DNA from: Epiperipatus broadwayi
Lineage: Eukaryota; Animalia; Onychophora
Length of the DNA: 64,000 bases
Direction of reading: 5' to 3'
Assembly (NCBI GenBank): GCA_028023455.1
Contig: JAQFVV010000009.1
Coordinates: forward strand, 11,346,001-11,410,000
Shown: positions 1-18,248 of the stretch, piece after piece
Layout of the letters: every line of letters begins with the position of its first letter
How positions within the stretch are numbered: position 1 is the stretch's first letter
Translations under genes and position numbers: made by a program
Notes under the pieces: model-generated
Database searches by the model: none
What the model was told of the DNA's origin: nothing
The model's input: only the letters and a program-made list of their open reading frames with translations

Positions 1-332
1 TAAAAGGTTTTACTCTAAAATAATTAATAACCCAGATTTGAACCCTAAAATAAAGAGCAAAACTATAAGTGCAAAAACAGATAGCTACTCATGTTCTACA
101 CTGCATGTTCAAGGATACCACTCTATGGATTTCAACAGTGGTGATTGGACTTAAAGGGCTTCATACAGTACTAGTTAAAACTGCTGATGGACAAATACAT
201 CAGCATCACAAAAACCAACTTAGGTTAGACAAGTCTACAGTTCTACAGCTAGCTATCAGCAAAGTCTCACCAAATGAAAATAAGTGGCAAACCAATAGTG
301 ATGTGGCATCAACCAGCTGTATAAATCTATAG
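1..332 (+). mobile_element. Ty3/Gypsy (Mag-like) integrase C-terminal relic
   Basis: ORF 69-332 contains GLKGLHTVLVKTADGQIHQHHKNQLR, resembling the Gypsy integrase tail motif (GP.sY.V...dG...rRH.dQLR). A PPT-like AAAAGGGGAGAG followed by TG lies at 1275-1288. Confidence 0.45.
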
Positions 333-1329
333 TTCCAAAACCAACCATGTAAAAAACCTGATCAGATGACAATTAAAATCTACCAGTAATAACTCATCAG
401 AGCCAGCTGTAAAGGACATTCAACTCCAAGAAACTCCAAACAATGATAACAATGAACCTATTGAGAATATCACCAAGCCAGAAGAAACAACTAAGTGAAG
501 AAAACATCTTCCAACATATCTGCTTTACTTTGTTCTCCAGGGCTAATTTTAGCCAGGAAGAGGGAATATTATATCTCACCTTGCCTTCAAATAGTGGACT
601 AGTCAAAATTCCTTTCTTATCACATGATTGGATTGAGCATTCATTGCGACTAACCAATGCATATAGATAAAGATAACACACAGACAATGGCAAGAATAGG
701 CCAATAGGCAGTGATGCTCACTGACTCTGAATGTTTCCATTAAGGTTGGGGATCTGGCTATAAATAGTCATCCCTGACTAACAGAAGCCTAGTTCTCCAT
801 ATATGGTCAAAGGAAACTCTTGCTAACCTGAACAGCAGTTATCGTTCTTCAGATTGTAACTGATTAAACTAATGGTTAATGCAATGAGGCAAGTCCACAT
901 TTCAGGGCTTAGAGCTGCCAGAATCAAATCCAACTGGAGTCAGACTATTAAGTGCAGCTAGAATTAGGTCAATAAACTATAAAGGCACATTTAGTCCCTT
1001 TTTCAATAGCTCACATTAGAACTGATAGCTGTACCCACTAGATAGTAGCAGGTGGAGTATAGCCAACATTGCTTAAATCTGTAAATATAATAGAAACCAA
1101 AGGTATGTTTGTATCTATATATTACTAATAAATATATCATTGAAATGTAGGTATCCTCATTTGTATTTATATGATTAATCCAAAATAAACAAACACAATA
1201 GGCCCTTATTTTCTGATGGCTATAAAGCTTGATGGCTATAAAGTCATAAGCCAAGACTGTAGCAGTTTTTGGTTAAAAGGGGAGAGTGCTAAGAAGTTCC
1301 TGAATGTGGAACTAAGTTTCTATTCAATA

Positions 1330-1720
1330 ATGAATGTATAGCTACCTACAATTTCAGAACTCTTTAAGTGATCAAAGAAGATTATACAAATTGGAAGAAG
1401 ACTGGTATAACATTAAATGGAACATTGTTAGACTTTGTAAACTTAGATGAAAATATGAGATAATTGACTTTAAAAGTGGACAGGTATTTAACTATAAAGG
1501 CATAAATATTGGATAAAAAGATACAATGGGATACATTATGAATCCAAATTAGAAGAATTATATTATGGAGATTGATGGGATGTCAGATAGTTTGGCATGA
1601 TTAATTATATATCAAATGTATGCAGTTCAGATTTATGTGTCAATATGTTCTCATTATGATAAAGATGCAGTAGAATTTTATATGAATGTGCAAAAGACTT
1701 GGTCAGACCAAACAATTTTA
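1330..1720 (+). mobile_element. RTE-clade LINE apurinic endonuclease relic (stops and frameshifts)
   Basis: Manual translation gives IATYNFRTL..DQRLYKLEEDWYNIKWNIVRLCKLR..IIDFKSGQVFNYKG and a later D.DAVEFY segment, matching the RTE endonuclease N-terminal pattern. Confidence 0.6.
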
Positions 1721-4406
1721 GACCAATAATGTCCCGTTTTTTTCTTTCTTTCGATTTATGCAATTTTCCTTCATTTCAAAATGATTTGCAGTTGTAGATA
1801 TTCGAATATAAGATTATTATCAAATGCTATACTGAGTTCACAATTAGAAGATTTAGTATCTTCTGCTTTTAGCTACCTACCTTTATTTTGGCTGGCTACT
1901 TTACAATTTCCTAAGTATAAGGACTATAATTTAGTTTTTTTCTGAAATGATTATAAATATTTATAAGTAAAAAATTGTTTGCACACATATTTATTTTGCT
2001 TTCAAGAAAACTCAACTGATACTTCAGTTAAGAACTATCAGGCAATTAAGAAAAAAGTTCACAGTGTTTATTGACCAAAACTTAGTGATAAACTTTCCCT
2101 GCTATATGATGTGTGTTGGTGAGCAGTCCACACATATTCATTTATCACATGAAAAGTCATACGCTGCACTGGTAAAAATATATGGGATAGAGATTAGGAA
2201 TTTTCCCTCTTAAGTTCTTTAAAACATTAAATAGGAATCAAATAGTCCTCCTTCAGTTAACAGTAAACTTTTTTGTGCAGCCTAAAATAACAAAATTTAA
2301 TATTAAATGTATAATTACAGGTTTTATATTGTTACATTCAATACATTGATTTAAAGAAAAGATATTAGCAAAATTGTTTGTTTAAAACTTAAAAATTCCC
2401 ACAAAACTGCTTCTTGATAAAGCATCACTATTTTCAATCTTCTTTTTATTTACCTCCTTTTTCTATATTATTAAAAATAGTTTATTGATTTTAAGTTAAA
2501 ATAATGATTGTAAATGAACATTAAATAAACGTTCTTTTGTTTCAATAATTGTTAATGTTTTATTATTACTATGGAAAGTATAATTTTTTTTCTCTATTAC
2601 TTCCATTGTATCAAATTTATGTAAGTACATATATTAAATCCTTGTTCTTGTCAATTAGATTACTATGACCAAATAATCAAGATTGATCATTAGAAAATCA
2701 GCTCTACTTAAATATAAAATCAAATCTAGATGCAGTATTAAATTGGAAATCATTGTTTTTACTCTGAATGACACTTTTTTTTTTTTTGTCTTAAACTTTT
2801 TATAAATTTTAAATTGACAATTTTGTGCACTGATTTACTATTTCTAATATGTGTGAAATAAAAATAATGTCTAATATACTATCAATATAACAATACAGCA
2901 ATACACTGGTTTAAAATTTATTAACTAGAGTCCAGTACAAATAACTAGTCATTTACAAAATTTACTGATGCAGTGGGATGTAAAATGGCAATTAGAAATT
3001 TCTGTGCATAGAGCATAAGGGCAGAGACCCCGTTAGCCAAGGTGAACATTACCCCTTCTGAAATTGTTAATTACTACTAATAAAGCTCATATTTTTTACC
3101 ACTTACTACCATATCATTCTTCTAGTATTAACTCTTTTTTTTTCCTATACTATTTTAATAAAAGCTCTTCCATTAATTCTTATAAGTTTCTTCCACTCTC
3201 AATGCAATTTTATTATGATTCTTTATCAAATTCTTATTCGAAAAATAAATGTTCATATAAACCACATCCATAGTTTAAATTTTTATTTTATTTTTGCTTT
3301 ATTTTTCTAGTATCTAAAGTTCGTGCACCAAATAACAGTAGGATTTTCTAGTTATTTCATACTTTACATATTCTTTTAATTCATAAGTATTTTTTGTACT
3401 GATGCCTTTTTCACGACTTTAATATATTCTCTACACATTTATTTTTATGTAAATATATAGGAACAAATTCATATTGTAAAAAGCCTATTTGTATAGATAT
3501 TTTCATTCAACTATTATAATATTTTAAACGGTTTTAATTTTTGTTAATTTCATCCATCCATTTTATTTCCTCTTGAATAGCCATGAATACTGTCAACAAT
3601 TTATACATATCTATGTATCTACCCACTTCTTTTTGAATTCTTTTAAAAAATTTTTAAATCGTCTAGCCAATACAAAATATATCATTTTCCAAACATTAAA
3701 ATAGGTACCTTATATTTTTAATCAACTCAATTCTATTTTTGTTTTTTTCCTCAACTTTAATTCAGAACTGTGTATATAATTTCTTTTTTCATTAACTATA
3801 TGGATAAATAATATTATTTTAAAGACTAATTTACCTATTGTTCATTTTTCAGTTTTGCCTTTTCTATTAATTACCATTTTTTTCTCCCAGAATTTAATTT
3901 TTTTTCCCCTTTAAAATAAAATACTATATTATCCCCCCCCCCACCCCCACACGCACATACACAAAAAGAGCTGCCATGTTATTTATTCTCCTGGAATTCA
4001 CTTCGGGGATACTCGCCTCTATCCACAATTTGTCTATCTCAACTATTAATTCTTCTAAATACAAAAGTAGCCTCTTTGTGCTGCCATCTAGCATCTATCA
4101 ATTTTATTCATTACTTACAAAGATCTGTAGATTTAGAAGAAAAATGTCACTAGTAATATTTCCTGCTTTATATCATTATTTAAGACGGTCAGCTATGTGT
4201 GTGTTATGTTTTTGTTGTTGATGTTGTTGTTATTATGACTTGATTCTGCTAGCATTAAAAGTATTATTTTAGTAAAAGATTTGCTACTGTGATAACTTTA
4301 ATAGTAATTGATTTGGTCAAGTACTATTTTTTAATTTGAGTATTTTTGCTAATTATTATAACTTTTTTTAAAAAAAAAAAATAATGTCATATAAATGTAT
4401 ATATTT

Positions 4407-6399
4407 GGTTCTAGTAAACTATTAACTGTGCAGCCTTTGGTGGCACTGTTTCTAGTTAAAAACAGAGCGTTATAACATTACCGGGCTGCTAGATTTTTTT
4501 TATCTAATAGATCGTATTTTGACATACGGCTGTAATTTTTTTTTTTAATATTTAATATATTGTTGTTGTTTGTTTTGGACGTAATTATTTTTTTTTTTTT
4601 GGTTTTCATTTGATAAATTTAAAACTATAATGGACAGTTTGACCTTTTTTTTGGATCTCAAAAGTACATAATTTTTGACATACACCTTTATGGGGGGGGG
4701 GGGGGATTTCCATTCAAAATCTACTGTTTCTTTTTTACAGACGTCTTTTTTTTTTTGTTTTGGATTCGATACATTTCAAAGTATAAGGGACAGTTTTAAC
4801 TTTTTTTAGGAATATCTCAAATATACACAATTTGCTTTACATATGACTTTCTTTTTTTTTGTTGTTGTTATTATTTAAAATTAGAATCGACACTTTCTTT
4901 TTGAATTATGTTAAAAATGAGGGGGTTTGCTGTTGATTGATTTAGCAAAAATAATTCAAACCTGTCCGACAAACTCCACCTCAGATGTCCGTATTTGCTT
5001 ATAAACGAAAAGAATTGTTTGGTATTTTATCTTACATTTATAAATACGGGGTTTTTTTTTGGGGGGGGGGGGGCAGCGTGTTTTGATTTTTTTTTTTTTT
5101 TTAATAATAACAAGTAAAACGGGGTTTTGATTTTTTTTTTTAATAATAATAAATAAAATAGGACTTCTTTTTTCTCTTAGATTTATAAATATGGGGGGTT
5201 TTTTTGGCGGCGTGTTTTTATTTTTTTGTTTTTTTTTAATAATAACAAAGAAAACATCAAAACCAAAAAGTCAATCATGGTATTGTTTTTTTAACACATA
5301 AAATATGTATGTTAACCAGTTTTGTTACATTCTGTGGATTTATTTATTTATCTTTTTTAAGAGTCGTACAAGTTTGTTAAAGATTTTTTGTTTTCATAAC
5401 AAATAAACGTCCGGTATTTTTATTCTTTTTTAACAACAAAAATTAGCTCAGGTTCATTTTTAAAATCTACTTAACGTGCTGTTTATTGATTTAAAACAAC
5501 AACAACAAAAAAACTCTTTTTGCTTCTAAACAGAACGAATAGGTATATCAAAAGAAGAAGTATTTTTTTTAACAAAAAAAAGTCAATCAATCAATCAAGA
5601 GATGTCCAACAAACTATGCCACCCCTTTTTAACACTGTCATTCTGGGTGTTAATTACATGATTTACAGATAAAAATAATCGCAAACAAAATACAAATTCT
5701 TTCCAGAAAATAAATTTATTAACCACATATGACTGAACTAAATCAACTGTAACAAATGGCAGGATGTTTTGGGCTTGCAAAAATGCAACTGCCTCACTTT
5801 CTCTGTTTGGGACGTCCCACAAATATAATAATGTGGTAGACATTTTGTTCTTCTTTTTCAACTCTTGTCCAAGTCACGACCGAAACGGTATTTTTCCGCA
5901 AACAACTCCAATCGTTTGCCAGAGAGCTTGAGAAATTTTATTTTTGTCTTTTTTGACCCCCAAAAAAGCCAAAATTAGCCAAAAAAAAATTTTTGACAAA
6001 TATCAATAATACGCTCAAAATTACTAGTACGCAAAAATCTTTCAGTTGGGAAACACAGAAAATCATAAACATCAACAAATAAACACTTGAAAAAGATGAC
6101 AGTGCTCACACTCTCATCTGAAATTCTAGTGACAATACAAATTCTGTCAATATGCATAGGAATTCAACCCGCAATGAAATCAACGGCAAACTATGCGATC
6201 ATAGTATTGTTAGTAAACGTAGTGTTATTGAACGCGGAAGAATTGGCCGCGTATTATAACCACTACATACGATCTTACTCGTATATTAATGATCATTCGT
6301 ATATTAGCCGTAAGTTCGGCTGCCAAAGCGGTATAATTCTGTGTTTTTACACAGAAACAGCGCCAACACAGGCTGTACAGTGAATAGTTTACTAGAACC
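4407..6399 (-). mobile_element. Complete non-autonomous Merlin (IS1595/ISXO2-like) DNA transposon
   Basis: TIRs of about 70 bp start GGTTCTAGTAAACTATT (first 17 bp identical at both ends). An 8-bp TSD ATATATTT lies at 4399-4406 and 6400-6407. The minus-strand ORF 5595-5861 has LWDVPNRESEAVAFLQAQNILP, like a Merlin transposase N-terminus. Confidence 0.8.
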
Positions 6400-7177
6400 A
6401 TATATTTCTATGCAATTGAGATAATACATTATCAATTAAAAGTTATAAGTCTCTTATGACACAATGAAAACTTTTTAACTAATCTGTTTTCGTTCTCTTA
6501 TCTTATATATTTTAAAATTTTTAATGAATTATTTTTTATTGTATTACTTTTGATTTTTATAAGATTTTCAGGGGGTAAAAAAAATATACGTCATCTTATT
6601 AGTAACGTGTTTCAGAATCTTACTTTTTAAAATAGAAAAATACTGATCTCAAACAAATTTTTATTTAATCAATCTATTAAAAGAATTTTTAAAGATTCTC
6701 CAAATGACTACAAAAAGAAATCTAATATGGATAAGATTTTTATAACTGTCTGGTTTAATAATAGAATTTAAGTTATATATTTTACTTCATTTAGTTCAAG
6801 GAACCCTCAAGCACATAGGCCATATTGGACACTCAAAAGCTCTCAATCTAGCACCAGACATTTTCAAAAACGTATATAAAATAGTCCTGTATAAAACTCT
6901 TTTATTTAAACATGCATATAGTGCAAATTTTGAATTAAGAGTTAAATAAAATAAAATATTTATTTTCTCAACTACATCTTTTTCTCTCTCCAATCTTTAT
7001 AAATGTATCTAATTCATTATATCAGCGATGCAATATTCCAACAACTTATTTATATTATGTGGTCTATCTGACTACAATTTAATCTATGATGCTGAGGATG
7101 TTTTATTTGTTTTTATAGATATTTTCACAGATGAACGGATAACTAGCAAAAATAAAATTTAAATTTTATTAATTACT

Positions 7178-7222
7178 GTTGTTGTTGTTATTATTATTAT
7201 TATTGTTGTTGTTGTTGTTGTT
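7178..7222. repeat. Compound (GTT)n(ATT)n(GTT)n microsatellite, 3' tail of L1/Tx1 copy A
   Basis: Directly visible; abuts the element 3' terminus. Confidence 0.9.
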
Positions 7223-10921
<3,699 letters not shown>

Positions 10922-13900
10922 ATTTCAAAGGATAAACTTTATTGTATTCTAAAAGGTTATACAAGTTACATTTGACAACATAGTTCTTATATATAAATTG
11001 TTTTCGCAAAACTGCATATGTACAATGATTTGATCAGTGACTGTATGCAATATCCAACTAGAAGTATCTAAGAAAAAAAACAGTTCAACAAAGTCAGTGA
11101 TGATCATTCAATCATACGATAATATTCAATTATACTTCAATTAAATTAAAGCAGGAATGCATCTAATTTGTGTCAGTTGACTTCAGAACTGGCACAAGGA
11201 TCCATGTTAGATATAGTTTGTGTTAGTGCTTTTATATAAGTTCTTGTATATTCCAGGTGTCAATGTACTTAGATTGATCTGTAATTTTCATGTCTCTTTC
11301 ACGTATGGTTTGCAGCTTATTTCTGAACATGTTTGGATGTCTTCTGGGGTTATAATTGAATATGAAATTACACCTTGTACACCATAAGGCATAGAGTAAA
11401 AATGTGCAGATTCTTATTTCAGCAAAGATACCCCTTTTAAAAGAGCCAAAAAGGGTTTTCATATTGATTTTTCTATCCTTGAGTGAAGTGCTAATAATTT
11501 CACGAATGTTTCTAGACTTGAGCATGAGAAAAAAAGGTGGTTTTGTGTCTCCGAGTCCCTATGGCAAAGATTACATATATCATCTATATCTTTATAGTTT
11601 CTTTGATATTTCAAAAAGTGTTGTGTAGGTAGCGAGTCCAGATTTATCTTTAGGAGAAAGTCAAAATATTTTGGTTCAAGTGACCATAGTTTGAATTTGC
11701 AACATAATTGTTTGAATTTGCAACATAATTGTTTATTGTTAATATGAAGTTGATTTTGTACATCATCTTGATTTGGATGTAGAAGTTGATAAACTTCCCA
11801 ATATTTATATTTGGCTTGTGGTGGTTTAAAGATAAGAGTGTGGATTGTTAATAATGGTGTATGTAGTGTGTTCAGATATCCCTGGAGAGGAGGTGGTCTA
11901 TCTGTAGGGGTAATCTTGACAGATATTTCTAAATATGGGAATTTTTGTCCACATGTAGATATTATGTTCAATGTTTTTTGTATCCTGAACACATGTATTG
12001 AGTGAAGGCCAAGGCCATTTTGTGAAAGGGGTTTTCTTAGACGTTTTACTGATATTGAGATAATCTTTTTTCCCCAGAATAATTTCCTGCATAAGGAGTC
12101 GATCTTATTTGTAAACGCCTTGGTATAAATGATTGTTGGAGTAAAATAAGAGATTTTTGTAATCACTAGCATGTTAAGGAAAACCATTTTTGTATATATA
12201 AAGAGGTAGGCTTTGGAGAGTGAATTGACAGTCTTTTCCACTTTCTGTATCAAATTTTTCTGTATGAGCGATCTCATAGGTGAATGATGTAAATAAAAGT
12301 TGAACCCAAGAAATGCGTTTGGTCTACCTTTGAAAACTTTAGTAAAGCTATTACCAGTGAAGATCTGGCATGCACACGATTTCTCCATATTAAATGTTAG
12401 CTTATATTCTTTTGTAAAATTGTTAAGTATCTTAAAAAGTTTGGGAATTTGTTTTTGGGATGATAGAAATACTGCTATATCATCCATATATGCAATACAC
12501 AAGATGTTGTCGTTGATGGTAGGCACATAGACTCCTGAAAACTCATTTTCTAATAAGAGGGTTGATATAGGCAGTGAACAATAAGGCACTGAGAGATGAG
12601 CCCTGGGGAATGGACAGATGTGGCACTATTGATGGTGAAGATTTCCCATTTAGGGAAACATAAATCTCACGGTTTAAAAGTAAGTTAGCAAGCAAGTTTA
12701 GATAGGCATTGGGGACTGAGTATTTTTGCAGAGTTTTAAGAAGAGTACTGATGGAAATCATGTCAAAAGCAGCTTCAATATCTAGTTGAATAACAATTGG
12801 ACTGTATTTTTTATTATCTCTAACAGTTTCAATAGTTGACTTGATAGAAAGGCTGCCTGTCTTGTTGAGGATTCTTTTTTGGAAAATTGCATTTTTGATA
12901 GGTTTGGAAAAATGAATGGCTCTATTTTATCTTTTATCACTGATTCTATTATCTTTATGCCAAGGGAGCACATTGAAATTGGACATAGGTTAGTGATGTT
13001 TGAGATTAATTGTTTCTTTTTCATGAATGGCACAAGCATAATTTGATTTAAGCCCTGTATTTTATAGATGTCTTTAGTGAGGTAGGAGACTAGGTTAATC
13101 ATATATTGTGCAGCGATTTTATTAATATGTTTGTATATAAACTTGGGAATTCCATCTATGCCAGGATGATATGAATCTGGCATCGCTTCTATTTTTTTAA
13201 TGAAATCTTTTAAATAAATTTTAAATTCACTTTCTGATCTATCTTGTGAAAAGGCCATTAGACTTGGTGAGGAGACCCTCTGGAATTTTTCTCTATACAA
13301 TATGTAAAGCCGCTCCAACATAAAATCTCTGTAGACAATTTCAGTTTGAACTTTAATAGCTGTTGGGACTCACACCTGGGAGGGGTGGCCTAGCACCCAT
13401 TTAATGAAATTTCTGGTATACATGTATGGCTTATTTAAATATAACCTTTTATTTTTAATGGAGATATATTATTTAAGCTGGTTTGTTAACTCTTGATATG
13501 TCTTCTTTAAAACTATCAGACAGAGACGATCGAGATTTGATTGAGAAGTGCCAATAATTTTTTTATAGGTATCGTCCATAAGCTTTAGTAGTTTTGTTGG
13601 GGGGTGTTGTTGTCCTGGTAAGATGATCAATGTTAAATGAAAGCAGATTAGTAAAAGCACACCATGCTTGGACTGGATCCATTGTAATATTCTTCAACTT
13701 GTGAAGATATATGTATACTTCTGAAAAAAGATATTTTGGTGTGCGTGATGGTAGTAGAACTCTGATGGTTCTTCCTGTATTAATTGTTGTTCTATTATCA
13801 AAATTAATTTCCAGTGACACTAAAACAGCTGCATGATCAGAGAGGGGGGAATTCTTTAATTGAATGCATATCATGTTATGTAATGATGGCGAATAGAAAA

Positions 13901-16260
13901 CCAGATCTAAGTGATGAATGTCTACCATTGTTAAATGACACAGCCTTCTCCGGCAGAAAGCCTCTTCCACTCATCATTGGAAAAGACAGCTGATGTAACC
14001 ATTTGCTGGTGAAGGTCTGATATGTCATGTTGAAATCTCCATCATCGGATACATAGCATTTGTGAACCTGGAGTTAAGTGTTTGTATAATTCTATTTATA
14101 ATAGTGGGACCTGGGGGGATATAAACAATTGCTATGTTTAAGGTAATGGCTTTGTGAGTAAATGTAATTATCAGCAAGTGTGCATCAATATGTAGGATTT
14201 TGAAAGAACTAAATGGGCAGGCTTTATCAATGATAATGCCTGTACCTGCTGATGGAGTGTCAGATGTGTTTGAGAAGGCTGTATAGCCCTTGGAATTTAG
14301 CTTGACTATAGGGTTGATTAGTGAGCCACTGTAGATTTTTGTTTCGATAATGCCCATTATCTGCGGTTTAACAATGTCGTACCATTTAGCAAGGAGGTCC
14401 ATTTTTTGTGGGGAGTTTAACCCTCTAACATTAAAAACTCCTATTTTAATATCCATTATTTGTATGTGTGTGCACGTATAATCAGAATCTAAGCCTAGCA
14501 TAGGAAAGTTTGATTCTAAGATAAAGTTAAATATTTTAATAAGGGAAGTTGTAGTATATTTTAATGGATCAATAAATATGCATTGTTCAATTATTGTCTG
14601 TAGATTTGAGAGAAATATCATTGGATCTCGTTTTCCTGTCTGTAAAGGAGTTTTCAAGTGAAACTTTATTTATGTTTGTAATACTATCAGTTTCCTCTTC
14701 CATTGGATTATTTTCTGATGAGTATGTGGCAATTAGCGAGGCATTGTAACTTTGTGTGATGTTAGCTTTTTTTCTAGAGGCTGGAGGAGGGGAATCATTA
14801 TCACTACTTTCACATTCTAGAGCCTTGAGTTTCTTCGGATTATTACCAGATTTTTTTTTAGTCAGCCAACCCGGTTTTCTAGTGATTTGTGAAGTTTCTA
14901 GAATTTGTTGGGATGCCAACACTGTGAGTGATTCCATTATTTCAAGGAATGTTTTATTAAGAGAGGGTGAGATTTTCAGATTAGGAGAGGAGGAAACTTC
15001 AATCCTATCGAACCCTGTAGGATGTAGAATCACCTTTCCACTATTGCTAATGTCAATATCATTTTTTCCCTCAATATTATGGTCTGTCGAATGCACATCT
15101 TCATCTGCAGTCACTTCTTGATTACTATGGAAATCTTCTTTTGGGCATTGATGTAAGGGGGATGTGCTCATATTACAATTACTACAATATAATCTCGGAC
15201 AATTGCTAATAAGATGACCACGTTCTTTACAATGAAAGCATTGTGGTTTTAGACCGTTTATAACAAGAAATAATGTCGCTTCTTCATCTGCAACTTGTGT
15301 TGGAATATTTTCAGGATTAATGTTCTCTCCCAATTTTACTTTAAATTTATAATTGTTACTAAATATTGGGATGGGTGTATTTTTAATCTGTAAAGGCTGA
15401 AAATCTATCACCTTCCCAAACGGTTTCATAAGTTTAATGAAATCTGTTTCTGAGTAACCTAAGTAAGTTTTTTAATTAAGCCAGTAATAAAGTTTTCTCT
15501 GTTGGGATTGACTACAACTAATGTGTATTGCCCCAGAGTTTTCATTTCTTGTCAGAACAATTCTTTGCTTTCTTCGTTTACAAATTGAATAGCCAAATAA
15601 CGTGGATTCGGATGATCTCCCACACGAACTATCAAATTCCATAGTTTTTTATTATTTATGTCTTCGAATAGAAGCTCCTTAGGGAATCTATAAAGTGAAC
15701 AGTTTCTATCTGTAATTGCTATGACAAAGGAGCGTTCAGTGAAAAAAAACGTTTAAATGAATTGAAGAGCTCCCTAGGGATGGTTTGATTAAAAACTTCA
15801 GATATTTTATTAAGGCTATTATTAGACCAAGGCGCTTTTATTGTGTTAACATAGGTTTCAGTAGATTTTGGGGTAAGATCTAGTTTCATCAGATCTCCTG
15901 CTGTAAAACGGTGAAATCTAGGTGCTAGCTGCATTTTCCTTGAGAAAAACAATCTCGGATTATTTTCACTTTTTTTTATAACCGTTGATGGTGATTTTGC
16001 AACTTGTGCATAAGAACTTTTTAACGTGTCTGAGCTTGCAGACATCATGGTTGGATGTTGGACATCTAAGTCCATTATGCAATCAATCTGAGTTGCCTTT
16101 TTGTATTTCTCTTCTTTTTTTAATTAATCTATTAGTTTTCTATTTTATAGTTATTAGAGATATAAAACTCTTACCTGTAATCGGTATATTTTATGATATT
16201 CTAATAAATTGAAGAGCACCATCTGAATGAGTGGTAAGCTAGAGGCGACCTCTGGTGATT
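10922..16260 (-). mobile_element. Near full-length L1/Tx1-like non-LTR retrotransposon, copy C
   Basis: ORF1 (about 16075 to 14587, broken) has the zinc knuckle CFHCKERGHLISNC. ORF2 starts at ATG 14456 with APE (IKIGVFNVRGLN, IMGIIETK), followed by RT (PQGSSLSALLF, IAYMDDIAVF) and C-terminal CNLCHRDSETQNHLFFSC. Several frameshifts are present. Confidence 0.93.
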
Positions 16261-16280
16261 GTATTATTATTATTATTATT

Positions 16281-16317
<37 letters not shown>
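16261..16317. repeat. (ATT)n(GTT)n microsatellite between copies C and D
   Basis: Directly visible. Confidence 0.95.
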
Positions 16318-17400
16318 CAACAGTAAGCTTTATTTGTCTTAAAGGGTTACAAAAGTTTACATAGCTTGGATTGCTGTGTTTACATGGGCAATCCGTAGTT
16401 GTAAGTTTACATATATAAAAATGGATTTATTGTTTTAAACAGGATTACAGGAATTTTAACATGCTGTGAATTAGTGACATGGTTTTACATAACTTGGATT
16501 GCTGTGGTTACATGGGGAATCCATAGATATAGTTTTACTTATATAAAAGTTGATTTATTGATTTACATGAGATTACAAAAAAAATTGTCATGCTGTGGAT
16601 TAGTTACAAGGGTTTTTACTTGGCTTGGATTTCCATGGTTTCATTAGCAATCCATAGGTGTAGGTTTATGTATGTAAAAGTTTATTTATGCTGTGGATTG
16701 TATAGAATGGTTTTACATAGCTTAGATTGCTGTGGTTACATGAATAGTCTGTAGTTGTAGTTTTACACATGTAAAAGTTGTTTTATTGGCTTACACAAGA
16801 TTGCATAAATTTTACATAGTCTGGACTACTGTATCTACAGATGCAATCCAAGTTTAGTTCTATATGTGGTTGAGTTGCCTTGGTAACATAGATGAGGACT
16901 AGAAATTTCTGGTGCATTTGAATAGATGAGTGTTGCAGAGGGGTGGGGTGGTACAGCTATGTTAGAATTGGTTGCAATTGTTAAGTTGAACTTTGTGGTA
17001 AGCTGGTCAGACTCTGGGTCTGTGTGCTAGAGGTCAGAGCTGAGTAAGGCTTTTGATGAAGTTTAAGAATGAGATCCATGTGTAGAGTGTCCTGATATCT
17101 AGAGGAGGCTGGTGGAACAGCTATGTTCGAACTGGTTGCAACTGTTGATTTGCGATTGGTTGGTCTCTGATTCTGGGTCAGGCTGTGTTAGAGTTGGTGG
17201 CCAAATAAGACTTTTCATATGATTTAAATGTGAGATTTGTGGCTAGTGTCCAGGCAAATTCTAGGCAGGTAGTTAGGCTCAGCATTGCTATTAGAAGTGA
17301 CATGTTTTTGAAATTATCTAGTAACTTGATGATAGTTGAAGATTTGAACAAAAATTGGAAATAAGTTATCAACTGATTGGTAATTGAAAAAAGTATATAT
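16318..17400 (-). mobile_element. Probable L1/Tx1-like copy D (3' UTR with ~115-bp tandem repeats plus ORF end)
   Basis: Shares the 3' terminal motif (plus strand TTTCAA..AGCTTTATT) with copies A and C. Four to five diverged repeats contain TTTTACATAGCTTGGATTGCTGTGGTTACATG. A short ORF end lies at 17178-17372. Confidence 0.6.
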
Positions 17401-18009
17401 TTTTTTTCTAGCCTAAAGTTTTGACTACTTTATAAGCATAAACAGCCAGAGCTTGTTAACTCAATTGTGAGCAAATGAACTAATTGCTGGGAACTTGAAA
17501 TCGAATTTTTATTACTAAACAAAGTTTAGACATTGCTACAATAACGTTAAAAATAAACGTATGCCTGACTGACCTATTGGACTTTGAAACTCTATGTTAG
17601 TATTATTGTGGGCAAACACTGGTCATGCAATGGCTTTTTTTTAAAAATTATCGTTAGGTAACTTGATTTAAAAAAAACAAAGCTAATTAACTTGTTTATT
17701 TAGTAAGTGAATTACTTGCGGGAAATTTGTAACTGATTTTTTTTCCAAAACAAAAATCTGACTTTTGCAATTAATAAAATTAAAAATTGGCTTACTTTTG
17801 ACTGAACTTTGGATTTTGTAACTCTGTGCTGACAATGTTGGCGGTAAGTATCTGGTCATGTGATTACTTTGTCTCCATATTGTTTTTCAAAATTATCGTT
17901 GGGTAACTTGATTTTAATTAAATTTTTGAATGAAAAATGCAATACAAAAGTATTAAACAATTATCAACTCATTGGAAATTTAAAAAGGTATATCAGGATA
18001 AAGTTTTTA

Positions 18010-18101
18010 TCCTGCCAGGTTTAAACCTTGAGTACCTTTGGAACATGGAAAACTAGAGCAGTTGACTTGGTTATGAACAAATGGACCTTTGCTGCTGAAC
18101 A

Positions 18102-18171
<70 letters not shown>

Positions 18172-18181
18172 GTTGTTGTTG

Positions 18182-18248
<67 letters not shown>

